Positions 48,916 through 50,843 of a stretch of DNA of 50,843 bases are shown here, in pieces. The DNA is taken from positions 124,001-174,843 of the forward strand of contig JAPETS010000050.1 in assembly GCA_026023565.1 (NCBI GenBank), written 5' to 3'. A program made the translations under genes and the position numbers. How positions within the stretch are numbered: position 1 is the first letter of the stretch; the number at the start of each line of letters is the position of its first letter. The notes below the pieces were generated by a model, which did not search any database, was not told where the DNA came from, and was given only the letters and a program-made list of their open reading frames with translations. This stretch comes from Cirrosporium novae-zelandiae (Eukaryota).

Positions 48916-50058
48916 ACAACAGCGTATCATGGAAATACATATAATTGTATGCCGCATGTTATTATTACGGGGGAGTAAGGGGTTCCGGAGTGAAGAAGAC
49001 TTTCGGGATTTTTGATCCGACACATAAAGTTGTTTGATCGGTAATTTCTCCTTTCACGCTTCCTTCCTCGTTCCAACTGGGTTTAAGCAGACTTTTCTTC
49101 TTCTCGTCGCTTTAGAACGGATTCCACATCGTTTTTCATGTGTCGGCTATGTCTGTGGGTTATTTTGCGTGTGATTTTTTCTTATTTCAAAAATCAACTC
49201 CGCATCTTACGTCATATCATGTTTTGATGGTGGGGGTAGGGGTGGGGGGTGATGGGTGGGAGGTGGAATTTACTCTTAACAACAGCTTAGAAACAGACAT
49301 TGGATGTTTTTCTTGTTGGTTTGTTTTGGTTTCTAAAAACCCATTTAACGTTTTTTTTTTTTGGTTTAGACATGTTTACTTTACGATAAAGACGTTTTTT
49401 TTTATATCTTAAACTTAAATGAATCAAGAAAAGAGAAGAGAGGAAAAGAGATAAATAAGATCTCCTATTCAATTTATCAAAGACAAGAGTTTTCCCAGTT
49501 GAAGAATATTCAAGGAACTAAATTAGTTGATATGAGAAAGGTAGAACATATAACAACATACATATATAAACCTGGCTGCGCCGTGAGCACCTAACACTGG
49601 TATTTTCTGCTCAAGCAATAGATAGTTCCCACGTTGACTTTTACTGTACCTTCTAACAGTAGTCATTTAATCCACCCTCTCTTCCATATCAACAATCCCA
49701 ATCTCCATTCTATTCTTCCCTTCCATCTTCACCTTTCTCACAAAAACAAAATAAATCCAACCAACCACCATCACCACCACCACCCAACATCTCACAATAT
49801 CCCCAAACCTAAATTTAAAGCCCATATCATCATCACACATTGTTTACAACGTAAAAGCCAAGGTTTAATATATATATATAACCCTAACCTTTCGAGTACC
49901 TAAATAATCTTTTTCAAAACAAAACAAAATAATATTATTCTATAGTCCTCTCATAATGTAATCCACGTTTTTCTTTTCTTTTCAAAAAAGGTTTTAGGGT
50001 AGGTAGATAGGTAGATAATAATAACAAGTAGTTAGATGTTTTATCTAATAATTCTATT

Positions 50059-50843
50059 CCCCCCCCCCCCCCCAGTCTCTCACAATTTAAGGCTATATAC
50101 ATCAACATCAGGGAGACTATAAATAAAGATAACGATAACGATAATGATACGCGTATATATACGTGTGCAATTACTATATATATATATATACCCCACCCGA
50201 CTATGCAAATGCAAATGCAAATGCAAATGCAACTACGCGGTCACTTATACATCACGACTGAGACTCTGCACATATGCACATGCACATGCACATACACATA
50301 CACATTTTTAACGATGATGATAAAAAATAAATACATGTAATAGATAGAGTACATATATACGAAAGTATTTCCCCTTTAATTTACTGTTACCTATTTATTT
50401 TATCTTTATTTCTATCATTATTCCACCATTTAACAGGAAAAAAAAAAAAAAAGGCCTTTCAATTTATTATTATTATTATTATTATGATTCAGAATAAAAC
50501 AATGAGATTTGAGATTGAAGAAATAAAAAATTATAAAATTAATGAATTGAATGTTCTAGAGGGTTTCTAGACTTCTGAGAAGGGATAGGGAGGAAGGGAA
50601 AGGGAAAAGGGGGGGGGATATATATATATATATCTGAATAGATTGGATTATATGAAGAGAATATAAATGGAGGAGGAATATGGGGAGAGGTTGTGTGTGT
50701 GTGTATGTGTGTGCGAAGTTGTACGAAGTTGTACGGATTAGGGGGCTTAGGGCTAGAGAGGAGAGAAAGAAGTAATAGAAGAAGAAGAAGAAAGACAAAA
50801 AAAGAAATAGGGGGGGGGGGGGGGGGGGGGAAGAAGATATAAC
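50059..50843. repeat. Low-complexity AT-rich region with poly-C, (ATGCAA)n, (TA)n, (ATT)n, poly-A and poly-G tracts
   Basis: Seen directly. Confidence 0.85.

Noticed and set aside
1..50843. Starship or other large mobile element, or a secondary-metabolite cluster
   Set aside because: No tyrosine-recombinase captain, transposase, RT, PKS or NRPS is seen, and housekeeping genes are interspersed throughout.

Overview
Eukaryotic DNA from a filamentous ascomycete (short GT-AG introns with CTRAY-type branch sites, a HET-domain gene, RIP-like mutation). Conserved genes are an acyltransferase-3, a BSC6-like MFS transporter, EIF1AD-like, ALG3, a MoCF/CinA-domain gene, GMF, Ras1, a GH79 glycosidase and a CCG-9-like trehalose phosphorylase. 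They alternate with islands of accessory or decaying sequence. The most unusual island (~5.9-8.4 kb) is a RIP-like scarred block carrying a dispersed putative 5'ETS plus 18S rDNA fragment. That fragment lies directly downstream of, and on the same strand as, a spliced pseudogene with a His-Cys/His-Me finger (homing-endonuclease-like) C-terminus, and the block abuts an intact HET gene. Other islands hold a SAP-like-repeat + OTU deubiquitinase gene broken by one stop, a P-loop GTPase with one in-frame TGA, an APH-kinase pseudogene, two carboxylesterase relics and two inverted O-methyltransferase paralogues. Intergenic DNA is dense in microsatellites and 7-12 bp 'stutter' repeats, and sharp C-rich to G-rich skew switches recur. 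All assignments come from motif recognition by eye; no searches were run.
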